The notes under the pieces were generated by a model that saw only the letters and a program-made list of their open reading frames with translations, ran no database searches and was not told the origin of the DNA. Positions 48,856-62,720 of a DNA stretch of 64,000 nucleotides are shown piece by piece; within the stretch, counting starts at the first letter, position 1; each line of letters starts with the position of its first letter. The DNA comes from Octopus vulgaris (Eukaryota), in the NCBI GenBank assembly GCA_951406725.2, contig OX597832.1, positions 31,248,001 to 31,312,000 on the forward strand. Direction: 5' to 3'. The translations under genes were made by a program, and so were the position numbers.

Positions 48856-50078
48856 ATCGAATCGAGCAGAAATGTAGAGCGTGTCAAATGGGCGCTTTTG
48901 TCTCCGGGATGGTCCAGTAATTTCGGATTGTTATTAACGGCAGATGTTCCTACAACAGATGTTCGATCGTGGAACAACTAGGCACACATACACATCACCA
49001 TTTGCCACAGAAATTCCCAATACGGACAAGTACGGTAGTGACAAGTACAGGCGTGGTAATAATGGCAGCAGAGACGTAGCAACACAGTCAGAGAGGAATG
49101 GTAGTAGTAGTAGTAGTAGTGTGGTGAACAAAACAGATGTTACCAAATCCATAGTTTTATATGTCTACATGCCATGGAGAGTGCAGAGTGAGAGAGACAG
49201 CTTCTATACCAGAACCGTTCATCACACACGCAGACACGCCAACTTACAGACGAGTAGTTCGTGTCACTTGAAACCATCGACTACCTTCCAGCTTATTAAA
49301 GTACACAGCAGACACAGGAGGGGGAGCAGCAGCTTTTTAGGTTCTCAAATGTTACCAATGTCATAAAGAAAAAAAAAAAAAAAGATGTCTTGCGATGTCA
49401 CATTGCTTGCAACAATGCCCCCCCTCCTCCCGCCACCCCATACAAACCTTAAAGTGCAGGGTGGGTCCTGAAGTTGTGTGTGAGAGAGGAACCAAGGAAA
49501 ATAGATTCTTTTTTTTTCTTGTTAGAATACCAAGAAAACGCCACAAAAAAGTTCAAAACCATTCCTCAACTAACCAATATATTTGTATGAGAAGGAACTG
49601 TTCTGAGTGTAAGTTATTCGAATGGACAGGTAGGAACAAGAAACGATAGCACGGAGAATGTGGAGAGAGAAAAGGAGAAAGTTGGGAAATGGGGAGAGAG
49701 ATTTCATGCGAAATTATATACTTTAAAAAACAGTCAACTGCATTTGCCAAGAGCTGATTGGCCAACTTGAACAACCACACAACCAATCGGAATTAACCTC
49801 TAAGCTAGGCAATGAGTTGATTCAATATCTAATTTCTTGCTCCCCTCTCACCAAAATTGCTGCTGCAACATCTGTCAAGTCTCAACACACACACACGTTT
49901 ACAGCAAGCACTGTTACCCAAGCCAACTTACCAACCCTGCTAGGGAGGGCTTGTAACAGTGAAAATCTAACTCTTAATTATTGTGTTTATCTCGAAACTG
50001 AAGTAATTTTATATCCAGCCAAAGGCTATTAAAATAATTTGTGGAATTGGAAGTACGCAAGAGAGGGAAAGAGAACGG

Positions 50079-50118
<40 letters not shown>

Positions 50119-50589
50119 AAGAAATGATTTGAAGGGTGCAAGTTTCTCGCCCAGATTCTGTTATTGAGAAGGTTGACAGCACAATAAAATGCCTTTCACC
50201 CAGATTCTGTTAGCAAGAAGGTTGATGACATTCTTCAAGAGAAGATATAGTAAAAGAAATAATCTAAGACTTCGGTTACAATTGGCTTCATTAAACTCTT
50301 TTGGTGGTTGACATATCTCTAATGAAATAATTGAAACAGTTAAGCCATGTGTTTCAATAAATTTTGAAAAAAATCAAGAATTTGGTCGCTCTCAGTTGAT
50401 AAGTACTTAGAGCAAACATATTTAATACTGGAACTTTCTCCTTGGCAGAACCAGCAGCTGACTGAGGGAATGCAGCCTACACAGAGTGCCTCCTCAACAA
50501 AGGAATGTTAGATGAAAGTTATTTACTGATGCCTGAAACCCAACGAAAAGGCTTTCATACCACAGAAAACAAGTGATGAAATTAACACC

Positions 50590-51112
50590 AATGCCAGTTG
50601 GTAAGAAATCTGCTTCCCAACCAAATGGCCCAGGGTTCAATCCCATTGTATGATTGATACCCCCAGGCAAGGGTTTTCTACTACAGCCTCAAGCTGACTA
50701 AAGCCTTACGAGTGGATTTGATAGGTGGAAACGCGCGCGCACACACATATATACTCTTTACTCTTGTTTCAGTCATGTGACTGTGGCCATGCTGGAGCAC
50801 ATCGACCCCAGGACCCATTCCTTGCAAGCCTAGTACTCATTCCATTGGTCTCTTTTGCCGAACTGCTAAGTAACGGGGATGTAAAAACACCAGCACTGGT
50901 TGTCAAGCGATGTTGGGGGACAAACACAAACGCACACATATACATACGACGGGCTTCTTTCAGATTCCGTCTATCAAATCCACTCACAAGGCTTTGGTCA
51001 GCCCGAGGCTATAGCAGAAGACACTTGCCTAAGGTGCCACGCAGCAGGACCGAACCCAGAACCATGTGGTCAGCAAGCAAGCTACCTACCACACAGCCAC
51101 TCCTACGCCTAT
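50590..51112. mobile_element. Inverted pair of SINE family A copies (+ ~50590-50730; - 50752-51112) upstream of PTB exon 2
   Basis: tggtaagaaatctgcttcccaacc...gtggatttgataggtggaaac, followed by a reverse-oriented full copy ending cacacagccactcctacgcc. Confidence 0.8.
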
Positions 51113-54100
51113 GTTCCACTTGTCTTCAAAAGACCAGAGTTACAGGATAGTCTTTTTGGTTTTTTTTAGCAAGGAATAACATTGTTTTTTCTTCTCTTTT
51201 GCTTAACAGTCTCACGTGAAGGCACCAATTTTAAAAACCACTAAAATCATTGGAAGGTTCGAGGCTACAGCACAGGTAACAATGCACAAAGTATCATACA
51301 GTGAAATAAGAACTTGAAATCACTTGGTTACAAAGCAAAACTGTAACCACGTAGCCACGCCTGTATTTTATATCAAATTAATTTCAAGAGAATTTAGTAA
51401 AATAACCGATAAATTTAAATAAAAATCAACACGAGAAAATGATACTTTAAAGTTGTAACTGCAGATATTATGGCACCAGTCCTCCACTTAAGTATTAATA
51501 TCTCCATACAAATTAAAAAACAACCCAGGACAATGGGTCCATGCAGATGAATGTAAATGCACTTGACTTAATTACACAACTGTTGTAGGCTTTCCAGCTT
51601 TAAGTATCAATAACTGTATGTCAACCAATCAGCGAGTTATGGCCAAAACAGAACTTTACAAGAACTTTCTCCAAGTGGGTTGCTATTAGGCAGCTTGTGG
51701 ATTTAAAACAAAAAAGGTCATTGTTTACAGAATGCAATAAACTTTTAAGTGTTGTTATTAAACTAAATTATCTGCAGAAGCTTCTAGACTGAGGCAGAAT
51801 CAATGATAGATGCGCTGGCCAAATAAATTCTAAGCCATGGTTGTTTTTCTCTATTATACATCATTGGAAGATAGAGCAAGAAATTCGAAGAAATAAAGGA
51901 GAGAATCTTTCTTGTAGCATCCTGTATTGAAGACATTGAACAGGAACTGACACAAGGATAGCAATGAGGGGCATAGTAGTGCCCCCCCCCCACCGTAGAT
52001 TACTTCTAACTAGAAGGATGAAAGGCAGTTGACCTGTCACTTAGAAAGGATGTTTAAGGCTATATAAATACATCTGCTGACCCCCATACAAGGAGGAGTT
52101 AAATAGCAGCCTTACAGAACTCATTATGATCCCTGAAATTGTGAACAGGTCCATAGATTACTGTACCCACAAAGTATAGTTGTGAAATGTTTTTAAACAA
52201 AATATAAAACTTTACTATTAAACAAGAAGATGGTTAAATAAAGAAAAAAACACCTTGTAAACCCACAAGTGTCTTTGAAATTTACAAATCGTTTCAATAA
52301 AGATAAGGACCCCACCATTGTGAGGAATATGGAGTAACTGGATCTGGTTTATATTTCAATTCGAAAGGAAGAGACAAAAGGGGTTTGACCTTGTTGATGG
52401 GGGGGGGGGGGTCTATGGTCAGATTAATACTGGTTGCTTTGAGAGCATTGGTACAGGAATGAGATTTTAGAAGACTAATGTTTAACCAACAATAGAATCA
52501 TTAATGCGTAACGAGGATGAGAGGTTGCTGTAGGCCTTGGCAGCAGCAGCAGAATAGGCAGACGAAGTAGTAGTAGTAATACAAGTAGATATGAACCCTC
52601 AACAAAGCAGCTAAACAGTAAGATACTGAAGAAAACAAAAAGCCTTAATAACTCACAAAGAGCCTAACTCGAAAACCTTAGCCTCCACCCCCGATCTCTG
52701 CTGCTGAAATTAGGGTGCATCTGATGTCCTTGTATCTTTTATGCTATCAAACATAAAAATAAAGGGACTTATTGATTTCAATAGAAAAGGTTTCATCAAG
52801 TAAACTCCCTGCCCAATTAATTAAAGTGCATAGAATCAACCCCTGAGTAGGAGGAGGAATTTTAAATTTGAGGGGAAAATTATTTTGTCACACCTTTAGC
52901 ACCGTTTCTGTCAAACCCAATTTTACTTGCACGTTTTGAAGTCAACCCAAGAATAAAGTCAAACACACATCATATAGTAGGGTCCTTGTGATAGTGAAGA
53001 GACACCTCTTGACCATCTGGACATGTTGTACCCACAGCAAAGCAACACAACTGGCTGAACTGACCAAAACTCTCACCTTCACAGCAGCTAGACTTCATTG
53101 TGCTGGTAACAGAGAATGTGTTAGGAACTAAAAGAAATTGGTCATAAAACCAGGCTGTATATGGTCACAACTGGTCCAATCACCAACGCCAGTGTTGACA
53201 ATGGTGATCTTTGAAAATACATCAAAAGAAACAGTTTCCTCAGACAAACAGATTTTGTAGTTTATGGAGAACTTTTCACTTAACTATTCTGTCACTTCCA
53301 ATAAGCTCTAAATTTGGGAGAGTTGGTAGAACCTCGACACAAATAGCTCTCTGGTTATCATTTTGGTTCTATACACTCTTAGTTCAATTCCTGCTACAGT
53401 TAATTTAGTATATATCCCCCTTTCAAGGTTATAGCAACAGTCCTGGGCCGAGATCTCTTCCTGGAAGAATTAGGGTGCAGTCAGACCTGAGGGATGACAG
53501 TTTTCACCCAGTTCAAAACAAACTTTATGCCACAAAACTATCAGGAAGTCAATGAAGGGTACCGTGGCAAAGCAAGGCCAATTTGGAAATGGCTTACACA
53601 GTTTTAGAAAAGGGGAGTAATAATTAAGTGAATCAATTACTGTATTTGATAATTACTCTTTTGACAGACCCCTGCAACACACACACACACAGTGCGGGGC
53701 TGAATACGACCAAGGTAGTCATTCTATTCAGAATGTTTCTGCCACTCCATGGTCTAATAATAAATGTTATATATTTTTAACTTACAGGTAAATCAGAGAG
53801 ATGTTTGAACCTGTCACCCCCGACCAACCATTACCATTGCAATATGACAGCCACCAGTCTCAGTTCCTCTACCACTATAGATAGAGACTTGCATGTCATT
53901 TCCGGCAAATTACGCTCACCTACTTCCATTTGAATCTTCCCTCTCTCTGTCCACCGCCAGCAACTGTAACTAAACAATTACAGTAATTATATACAACACT
54001 CATTCTCTTTCAACGTCAAGGGAAATTAAGTAACAATCGGTTAGAAACTAAAAATAAGTTCTCAAACAAAATTTCTTCAACGACCAGCAGCAAGAAGGAA

Positions 54101-55924
54101 ATGATCTCATTAGCTATATATTTAAACCATGTTGGTCTCTAAGGACACACAGTTTGCTAGCAGATAGTACCGACTTGAAATGTCATTTGATAAAACCAGT
54201 GTCTTTGATGAAGTTGGAGGGAGAGAGAGAGAGAGAGAGATAAGGGTGGGGGGGGATAAACATGTTGAATAAAAGACAAAATCAATGAATTGTAATACAT
54301 TTCCGTAACAGATACGCATTTCATTTGCAGACAGCTATCTTGGGATCGTACCATATAAGGAATTTTGCAGTGATTTGCAGGAAACGATGAAAAATCTTAA
54401 TGCTGCTAGATGCTTTTGCCCTCGGCCTGGAAAGTCGTTTCAACTGATGCCTTCACTGGAAAGTCAAGAAGAAGAAGAACAAACGTGCAGCAAAAGGTCG
54501 CTGTCAGTTCTACAATTATTCAACATCTCAGCTGCCACCGCCGCCGCCGTGCAAGCAGTTCCTCGGGGCAATTCGGCTGCTGCTGCTTTTCTCAATCTTT
54601 TATTCAACTTGAAAAAAAAAAATCTGTATATTTATCACTGTGTGCTTTTGGAGAAAGAAAGATTTAGCAATTCTTATGCAAATAGAAAAGACCCTCACCC
54701 ACCGCAACACAGAAAGCTGAATGCAAATAAGTTGAAGATATCCTGCTCTTTCTCTTCTTAAACTTTATAATATAAACCTGAGGTATTTATATATAAAAAT
54801 ATATACAGAAATTATATATCTGTACTATTTACGTTGTACACTAACAGATGTTCTGTCTCATGCACAGATGGCGCTGATTAAGATGAAGGAAATTAAGCAA
54901 AAAGGAACCAGCTACTGCCACATTAGAATATGAAAATGATTCCACAGAAATCACGCCACCTGGTGGTAGTAGTGCAAAGTTTGCTGTAGTATAACAGCAG
55001 CAGCAGTGTACACACACACACACATTATTCCTACACAAGCGAAGTCTTGCAACTCCAAAAAGCTATCTCTGTAGGAGGGCAGTCATTTACCAAGCTACGC
55101 CAGAACCGAGCTGACGAATGGGGAAGTATAACGAAAGAGCAGATTATATTTTTACAATTTATGAAATCTAAATAGAAGACACAAGAAGAAAGACTTGTTT
55201 CTTCATTCTGAAATATGGAAAGACAACATTTTTCTCTATATCCGAAAAGATAACTAAAAGAGAGTAAAGCAACAGACGCAGTTTTGAAAATGCTGCCACT
55301 GACCAGCACAGTTCTGGATTTCAGTGCAAATACTAAATTTGTCCGCCTCTCTCTTCAGCCAGCCAGATTTATCAATAGCCAAGCTGATTAAGGATTATTC
55401 ATCAGCAAGCTATTGACTAATGATACTGCAGCTTGTTAAAGGAGAATAACTGGACTAGTGATTAAGTGACACGCCAGACTCGAGATTGGTGACGGTGGAA
55501 TTAACGAGAGAGAGAGAGAGAGAGAGGATTAGATGACAACATATTTTGTCAATAATTCAGTTGCTACACAACTGTGGGTAATCACCTAGAACAGGTATGA
55601 ATCACAAACGAGAAGCTTGGCACTGCTTAAGCAGCCAACCATTGCATTTACACAGACATGCACACGTGAACACAGCAACATGCAAGGGTATTAATTCTTA
55701 ATAGAATAAAATCGTGTTCCAGGTAACTATTACACAACTATTAAACAGTTATTACCAAACTTGAAGTTTAACACTCCTTGTCTGTGGCACAAAAGAACAC
55801 CTAGCACTTGCTTTGCAAAGGGCTTGGCAGCTGGGAGAGCATCCAGCTAGAAAAATAACTCAAACATTTTTTTTTCTTTTATTCTTATTTAGAATTTTGC
55901 TTCCTGGTCATGCAGATGCAGTCT

Positions 55925-56140
55925 TGGCGGTGAGCTGGCAGAATCGTTAGCACACCGGACGAAATGCTTAGCAGTATTTCATATGCCGTTACGTTCTGAG
56001 TTCAAATTCTACTGAAGTCAGACTTTGCCTTTCATCCTTTCGGGGTCGATAAATTAAGTACCAGTTAAGCACTGGGGTCGATATAATTGACTTAATTCGT
56101 TTGTCCTCTCTGTATTAAGCCCCTTGTAAAGAAATAGGTA
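55925..56140 (+). mobile_element. SINE family B copy
   Basis: ggcggtgagctggcagaatcgttagc...gcctttcatcctttcggggtcgataaattaagtaccag. Confidence 0.85.
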
Positions 56141-57589
56141 GTCTTGGATCAACCAAAGCTGTATGAGTTGGTATGGTAGATGGAAACTGAAAGAAACTTC
56201 TTGTCGTGCATGTACATGTCTATGGGTCATCTAATGGGGTGTAAATGAGTGTAACACCATCATAAAAGAGAGGTTGTTTGTCTGGGTCTCCTGCAAATGT
56301 CTACGAATGGGAAAATACCTTGTTTGAAAACAAGTGTTAGGAATGGGAAGGACATCCAAATCCTGTCCCATTTGTGCAAACCATGCCAGCTTAGGAAATG
56401 AATGCTAAATGATGGAAAACGATGAACACAACACTTATTTAGCAACAACATTAAAAGTAAATGTACCCTTGTTACCTTTAGGCCCGCTCCATGCTATTAT
56501 AAAATGGACATTAAGTGGACAGAGAATTACTTAAGATTCCATTTTATGGCTGGATACTCTCTGCCTTCTTGCCAGAAGGGATCTTTTTATTGTGAAGTGC
56601 AGAGTGGTAAGACAATGATCACTTGGTATGTAAATATGAGCCGATTCAGAAGAGGCAGAATGGACAACTGCACACACACACACTCGATAGACGTTCATGC
56701 AGTCTCTGTTAACCAATTCCACTAGCAAAGAATTGGTCAGTTCAGGGCAACTAATTTAATATCAACCATTTTGATATTACTACCACTGTCCTACTCAATG
56801 AAATAAGTGTCTTTACATTTACCAATTTACGTAGATATGCGCACGCGTGTGTGTGTGTGTGTGTGTGTGCAAAATACCCCCAAAACTACTGACATATGAG
56901 GTTATAATGACTGACTGATTAAGTGTAATTACTGACAAATCACACAAAGAAACAGGTTAAGTCTTGTAACTCAATAAGCTGTGAATGGTTGCTGCCTCAT
57001 TTAGCATGTCCTCTACATGCTTAAAATTGGCCAAATTTGGGACTAAAACAACAAAGAAGCTTCGTTAGTGAACCGGAATATGAAACCAATTGGAATTACT
57101 GACAGAATCTACCTAGAAATAAACCCTTGTTAGCAGGACACACACTAAACTACAATGTTACTTGCAAAAGCAAACCTCAAAACTCCACCCAAAAAATGCA
57201 GCTTAACACAACCACCCACCTCCACGAAGTTAACATTATGGTAATGATTCGTTTTTCCTTTCTCCTCTGGCATTCCAAGCATTTCTTATAGGCTGCATCA
57301 ATTACATGCTCTCCAAATAGCAGTGGTGGTCAGTTGAATGTGGTACCAATCTCCAGCTGTGTTTGGAATAGCAACAAACAAGACCAACACAATGGTTAAC
57401 TCTTGTAACAGGATGATCTCTCTCAAACGGATGGCATTTTACAAGTGTGAAGATTCTTCTGGACTCTTCAAAGATTCTAGGTTATATTATTTCACACTTA
57501 TTTCTCTGAACAAGTGTCAAATGACAAGGAACTGTGTATATAAAACTCAGAGGAAACAAGCACTGCACAGCTTTTTGTTCTCTTTATCA

Positions 57590-57870
57590 TCGTGATAGTT
57601 GCCAGAGCGGCTATCTAGTCTCTGTGCTGGTGGCATGTGTAAAAGATTCGAGCGAGGTCGTTGGCAGTACTGCCTGAATGGCCACCGTGCTGGTGGCACA
57701 TAAAAGCACCCAGTACACTCTTGGAGTGGTTGGCGTGAGGAAGGGCATCCAGCTTTAGAAACTCTGCCAGATTAGATTGGAGCCTGGCGAAGCCATCTGG
57801 TTTGCCAGCCCTCAGTCATTCATCCAACCCATGCTAGCATGGAAAGTGGACGTTAAACGATTATGATTCA
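57590..57870 (+). mobile_element. SINE/RTE-tail-type repeat (family C)
   Basis: gtggttggcgtgaggaagggcatccagc...ccaacccatgctagcatggaaagtggacgttaaacg; degenerate relatives at ~32100-32245, 56340-56420 and 61595-61730. Confidence 0.7.
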
Positions 57871-60800
57871 AAACCAACCAGTTTAATGGGCATCGTGTGC
57901 CTTTTACATGGCACTGGCTAGTGCTACTAATTAACTTGCAAGACAACCCACTCAACTGAGGGGGTGGGGAGAGGAGAAAACAGAACTGAGAGGTAGGTGG
58001 CTTCATGTCTCATGAGGAGAGGCGTAAGTGAAATATTGCAGAGTGGGGTGGAACCTGAAGTAACAGGGTTTTCAGACTAACTTCTTAAGCACAGCCGTAC
58101 CCGCACTGGATACTACACACACAATATATGGACTACAATCACTCAAGCCAATAAACACCGGATAATATTCGTAAAAATACTTAACTGCTCTGCATCAGAT
58201 AAAATGCCAAAAAGGTTTCATAGATTCTATAATGGTGAACAATTTTAATCTCATCTGGTAACTAAGTCATTATATTCACATCATTTTCACCGTTTCTCTC
58301 AAAATTTAAAACATGCCAACAAATTTGCAGCAGCTGCTAATATGCACTATGTCGATGCAGTTGCATAAATCAGTAAAAATCAATACACACACACACACAC
58401 GGTAGTAGTATATAACAGATTTTTAAATTACAAAATTATGGTGTTGGGAATAGCACCACCACCACCACCAACCAGTGGGTGATGGTGTGTACTGGCAGAG
58501 AACAGCTGATGAAATTAACCCATCACAATTGGTGTACTGAGAAAAACATGGCCTGAAATGCAATCTTACAGGGCAATCCTGGTATTTCTATGTGAGCAGG
58601 TTCAGTGCCCCCCCCCCCCCCATAGTATCTTACTTGTTACAGTCATTGGACGGCAGCCTTACTGGTTGAATAGTCTAGTCAAACAAACTGACCAAAGAAT
58701 TTATTCTATCAATATCATTTGTCGAACCACTAGGTTACAGAGATGTAAACACACCAACAGTGGTTGTCTAGTGGTAGACAGAGAGACACGTGCACATACA
58801 ACAGCCTCCCATACAGTTTCCATCTACGGAACTCCCTCAAGGCTTTGATCAGTCGAGGGCTATCGTAGAAAACACACACTCGAGGTTGAACCTGAAACTA
58901 CAAGGTTACTCATACAACCCTAAGTGCACTCGTTTAGGGTTCGAAGTCCTTGGCTGCTGTATGATTGTTATGAGACCAAAGCTACCAAGACATGTTCAGG
59001 GGTCATGTGGAAGTGACCGAAAACAAACTACATTCAAGCAATCAGTATTTTTAAGAGACCAATGGAAAAACCCTCATTTATCTGAGAACGAAAGACCTGT
59101 CTCTACAGTCATGCAGATAGATTGTCAAAAAGGATGGGTGTTCAGCCAGTAAAAGTGGGTGAGTACCCCAGACATAAGCACTCTTATTCTAATTCCCAAG
59201 CAGAGCTGTCAGCACTGCCCACCCGATGTTTTTTTACATTTTCCATCCACCCACGCATTCACAAGGCCTGGGTTGACTCTGGGCTATGCTAAAGACACAT
59301 GTCATAGTGCTGTGTATTTGAACCCAAATCTCAGAGTTGCAAAGCTAACTTCTAAACCACCCTGCCACACCAGTAATTGCCTATTAGGCCTTAAAAACAC
59401 CAAGAATTAGCAAGACAAACATGAACATCACAAAGGAGTAATTTTAATCTAAAAATACCGTCCAAATCTTGAATCACACAGGAGTTGAGGGCTAAACACT
59501 GGGTTGAGGATGGTGTGACACTGCCCCATGGTCTGCAGTTATGTAATTCCACATCAACCCAATAATCTGTGTACCCCCTCCCACCACTATTTGTAAAAGA
59601 AGACCAGGAGGAACATTTAGCTGTCATGCCTAGCAATTTGCACCACTATTAAGTAGCATCTATGGACCCCAAGGTATCATGTCATGGTACAAGATGCTGG
59701 AACCAGGGCTTGCTACTAAAATATTCTGACGCAAACATATCCAAGGTACAGAATTAGTGCTGTTTTAGTGAGAGAGAGAGAGAAGAGCTGATGTGTAACA
59801 ATTCGCACTTACACAAATCATGTCAGCTGCTACACGCTTGTTCACTTTGACCATTTTTCTGTGCTGTATCCTAATAGACTTCTAAGCTCAGGCAGTCTTA
59901 TGCAAAGAAGCTGGGCTTCCATGTAATTTCCATCAACCAATTCTATTGATGAGGCTAAAGAAGACAAACAGAACCCGAGTCCCCATAGCTGCCAAAGCAA
60001 CTCCTACCACAACCATCTATGCCCCCCACCCCCCACCTTTTTATTGAATTAGATATATTCACATCCAGGTGAATTTATTAATAAAGGATTCCACAACAAT
60101 AACTGCTGCAGCTACAAATGGGTGTCTTCATGAAAGAATTTATATATTCTCACAACTTTTACTAGAATTAATTGTAGATTACAAAACAAGGACACACACA
60201 CACACAAATTCCTCAATAAAATGATTCCACCTAACAATTGCCCATTACAGACTTAATATTCAAGATTTTTAAATCAAGAGGAATGGAACCGATAAAAGTT
60301 CCACTTACATGCTAACCATTATACAACACATCAAAGCAGTTTTAATTCCCTGTAATTATCACCAACACTTTCCGGCAACGAATAATTACTATGGTTTAGA
60401 TATATTTTTATGCTTGCTGCTAACTCTCTGCAAACCAACAATTTGCTGTAAATTGCCGTGTTAATCTGGGCTGGAATTATAACGAGCATTTTGAATGCGA
60501 AAAGGAGCACATTTACTTTTTGTTTTTTCCAAGATATATTGGACACGGACCAGAAGGTTCCACCATTTCCGAGATGATAGATTAATGCAATAGCAACTTG
60601 ATGATGTAGTGGCTTGCATGCACAAGTGATTATTACTGTATGAACTAAGAAGACAAATATGTCTCCCACCGAAGCTAAGCATCAAAGCACCTTCAAAACT
60701 GCTTCATAAAAAAGCTGTACACCTGTAAGAACCACAAAATCAACTAATTATACACCTATAAGGTGTGCCTACATACAACAGAACACCTGTCCTGACCACC

Positions 60801-61849
60801 CAACCCTAAACACAATCATTTAAATATACAGACACATGCAAACTGTATTCATTTCATACCAGCACTATTACATGCTCCTAACAAAATGTGGCAACACACA
60901 CAATTTATGAAACTACAGCAAAATCAGTGAAGGAATGAACAGTTTGTAACAAAAGCCTGTGAGAATCAAATAACTTTATAAGACCCTACCAAGGTGTGAA
61001 GTGCCTTTACCTTAGGACAAAAGACGCAACAATAGACATGAAAGCGGGATATGGTATTGACCCAAATCCCCATTCGACCTGGGGCAGGGGAGGAGAGAGA
61101 GAGAGAGAGGCAAAACATGATTCTTTAAGTATTAATAAATACATGCATTTACAAAGATGGTGATGTGAAATTAGCCATCACCAAACAAATAAATCAGGTA
61201 GAGGTTTTAATGTTAATTAGTTTGCTACAGTAAACGATTATTTAGTTTGTTCATCAATCAAATTGCTTGATTTATAAACACATCATCGAAAGACTATTAG
61301 ACACATTCAAACATTTGATTAATTTTAAAATATTGGTACAATTCACATCACTTCTGCAGTCTTAATAGCGTTACATGTTTAACAAAGAAACCTGAAAAGC
61401 GAAATTGCCAAAAAATGCCCAAGAGTTTTATATTGCATGCACAATATAGGGTTAATTAAGAAGTTCTTTTCCCCACACTGCACAGCACCTTGGGCAAATG
61501 TTGTCTATCATAGCCCAGGGTTGACCAAGGTCATGTGATTGGGTTTGGTGAAGGGAATCTGAAACTGTGTGTGGGTATAAATCCAACCATAATGTGTCTG
61601 GTTGGAATAAGGAAGGGCAGCCAACAGTAGAGACCATGTCTCTACAATGGGGCTTGGTGCAGTCCCCAGCTTTACCAGCTACTATCAAACTGTCCAACCC
61701 TTGCCAGCATGAAAAACGAATGTTAAATCGCATTTTTCGTTTCCTTTTCAACATCTGTTCTCATGCCGATATGGCCAGCTGGAGAGTTACTCAGGTGCCA
61801 TGTCAATAGCCGGATGCCCTTCCTAATGAAGGAATCTATTTTCTGCACA

Positions 61850-62720
61850 TTCCTAATGCTTACTCTGCCTGCACATCTGCCACATACAAACGACTGCTTT
61901 CTCTAAATCTTTCTGTGATACCACTGCATCTCCTCTGTCCATAGTTTGCACTGTGTACAGTGTATGTGGTTTCTACCAGCACCATCCCAGTATATCAAGA
62001 AGGGCTTTCTCACTCAGGGGACAAGTGGTTTGTCTCTGTTTTCCTACTTACTAGGGCTTTGGTCTTTGCTAACACTGAAGGCCCTTTAATTCCAGACCTT
62101 GCTTCTAGAAACAAAGTCATCAGCTTAGAGGAACTGCTGTTATGGCCTGGAGGACCAGAGTAAACAAAAAGGAGCTGAGAATTGATCCTTGGTGAAATAC
62201 GTGCACACAAAATTCCTTGCTATACTCGTTGCCAACTTACACTTCGCTGACCACATCCCTGTACATGGCTTGCACAACTCTCACCAACTACTCGTTTATC
62301 CCCAGCTCACGCATAGCCCACCAGATAAGGGAATAGGGGACCCTGTCAAAAGCCAAATACAGAGGTATTTGGGGATAAATACTTCTGCAGTTGCAGAACC
62401 TGGAAGATAGCATCAGTAGTACTTCTTTCTGGCACAAAACCTCATCGAAGCCAACCCGCTTCCTAATTAATTAATTGAGTTACGACCATTTCTGTAATTT
62501 CCATCACCTGGCCAAGCAATCGGATATCGCCATAATTGGGTATGGATCTTGTGGACAACCCGCAAGTCTACAGATGACCAGGCCAGATATTTTAAGTGGC
62601 CCAGTGTTGTTTCCTGATGAACCCCCTCCCCTCTTGGAGGCATTTTCCTGTCATCATATCTTTAGTTACCTTTTGATCTGCAGCACTCATTAAGTTGTAT
62701 TTTATGTATATGCCTAGCTC
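61850..62720 (-). mobile_element. Decayed RTE-like LINE reverse transcriptase fragment
   Basis: Minus strand: GFVPERSTTDAIF...AFDRVP..LIWWAMRELGINE*LVRVVQAMY...FHQGSILSSFLF, which are non-LTR RT motifs broken by stops and frameshifts. Confidence 0.8.

Noticed and set aside
50146-50230. Two-copy ~50-bp imperfect tandem duplication (cccagattctgtta...agaaggttga)
   Set aside because: An ordinary local duplication with no functional cue.
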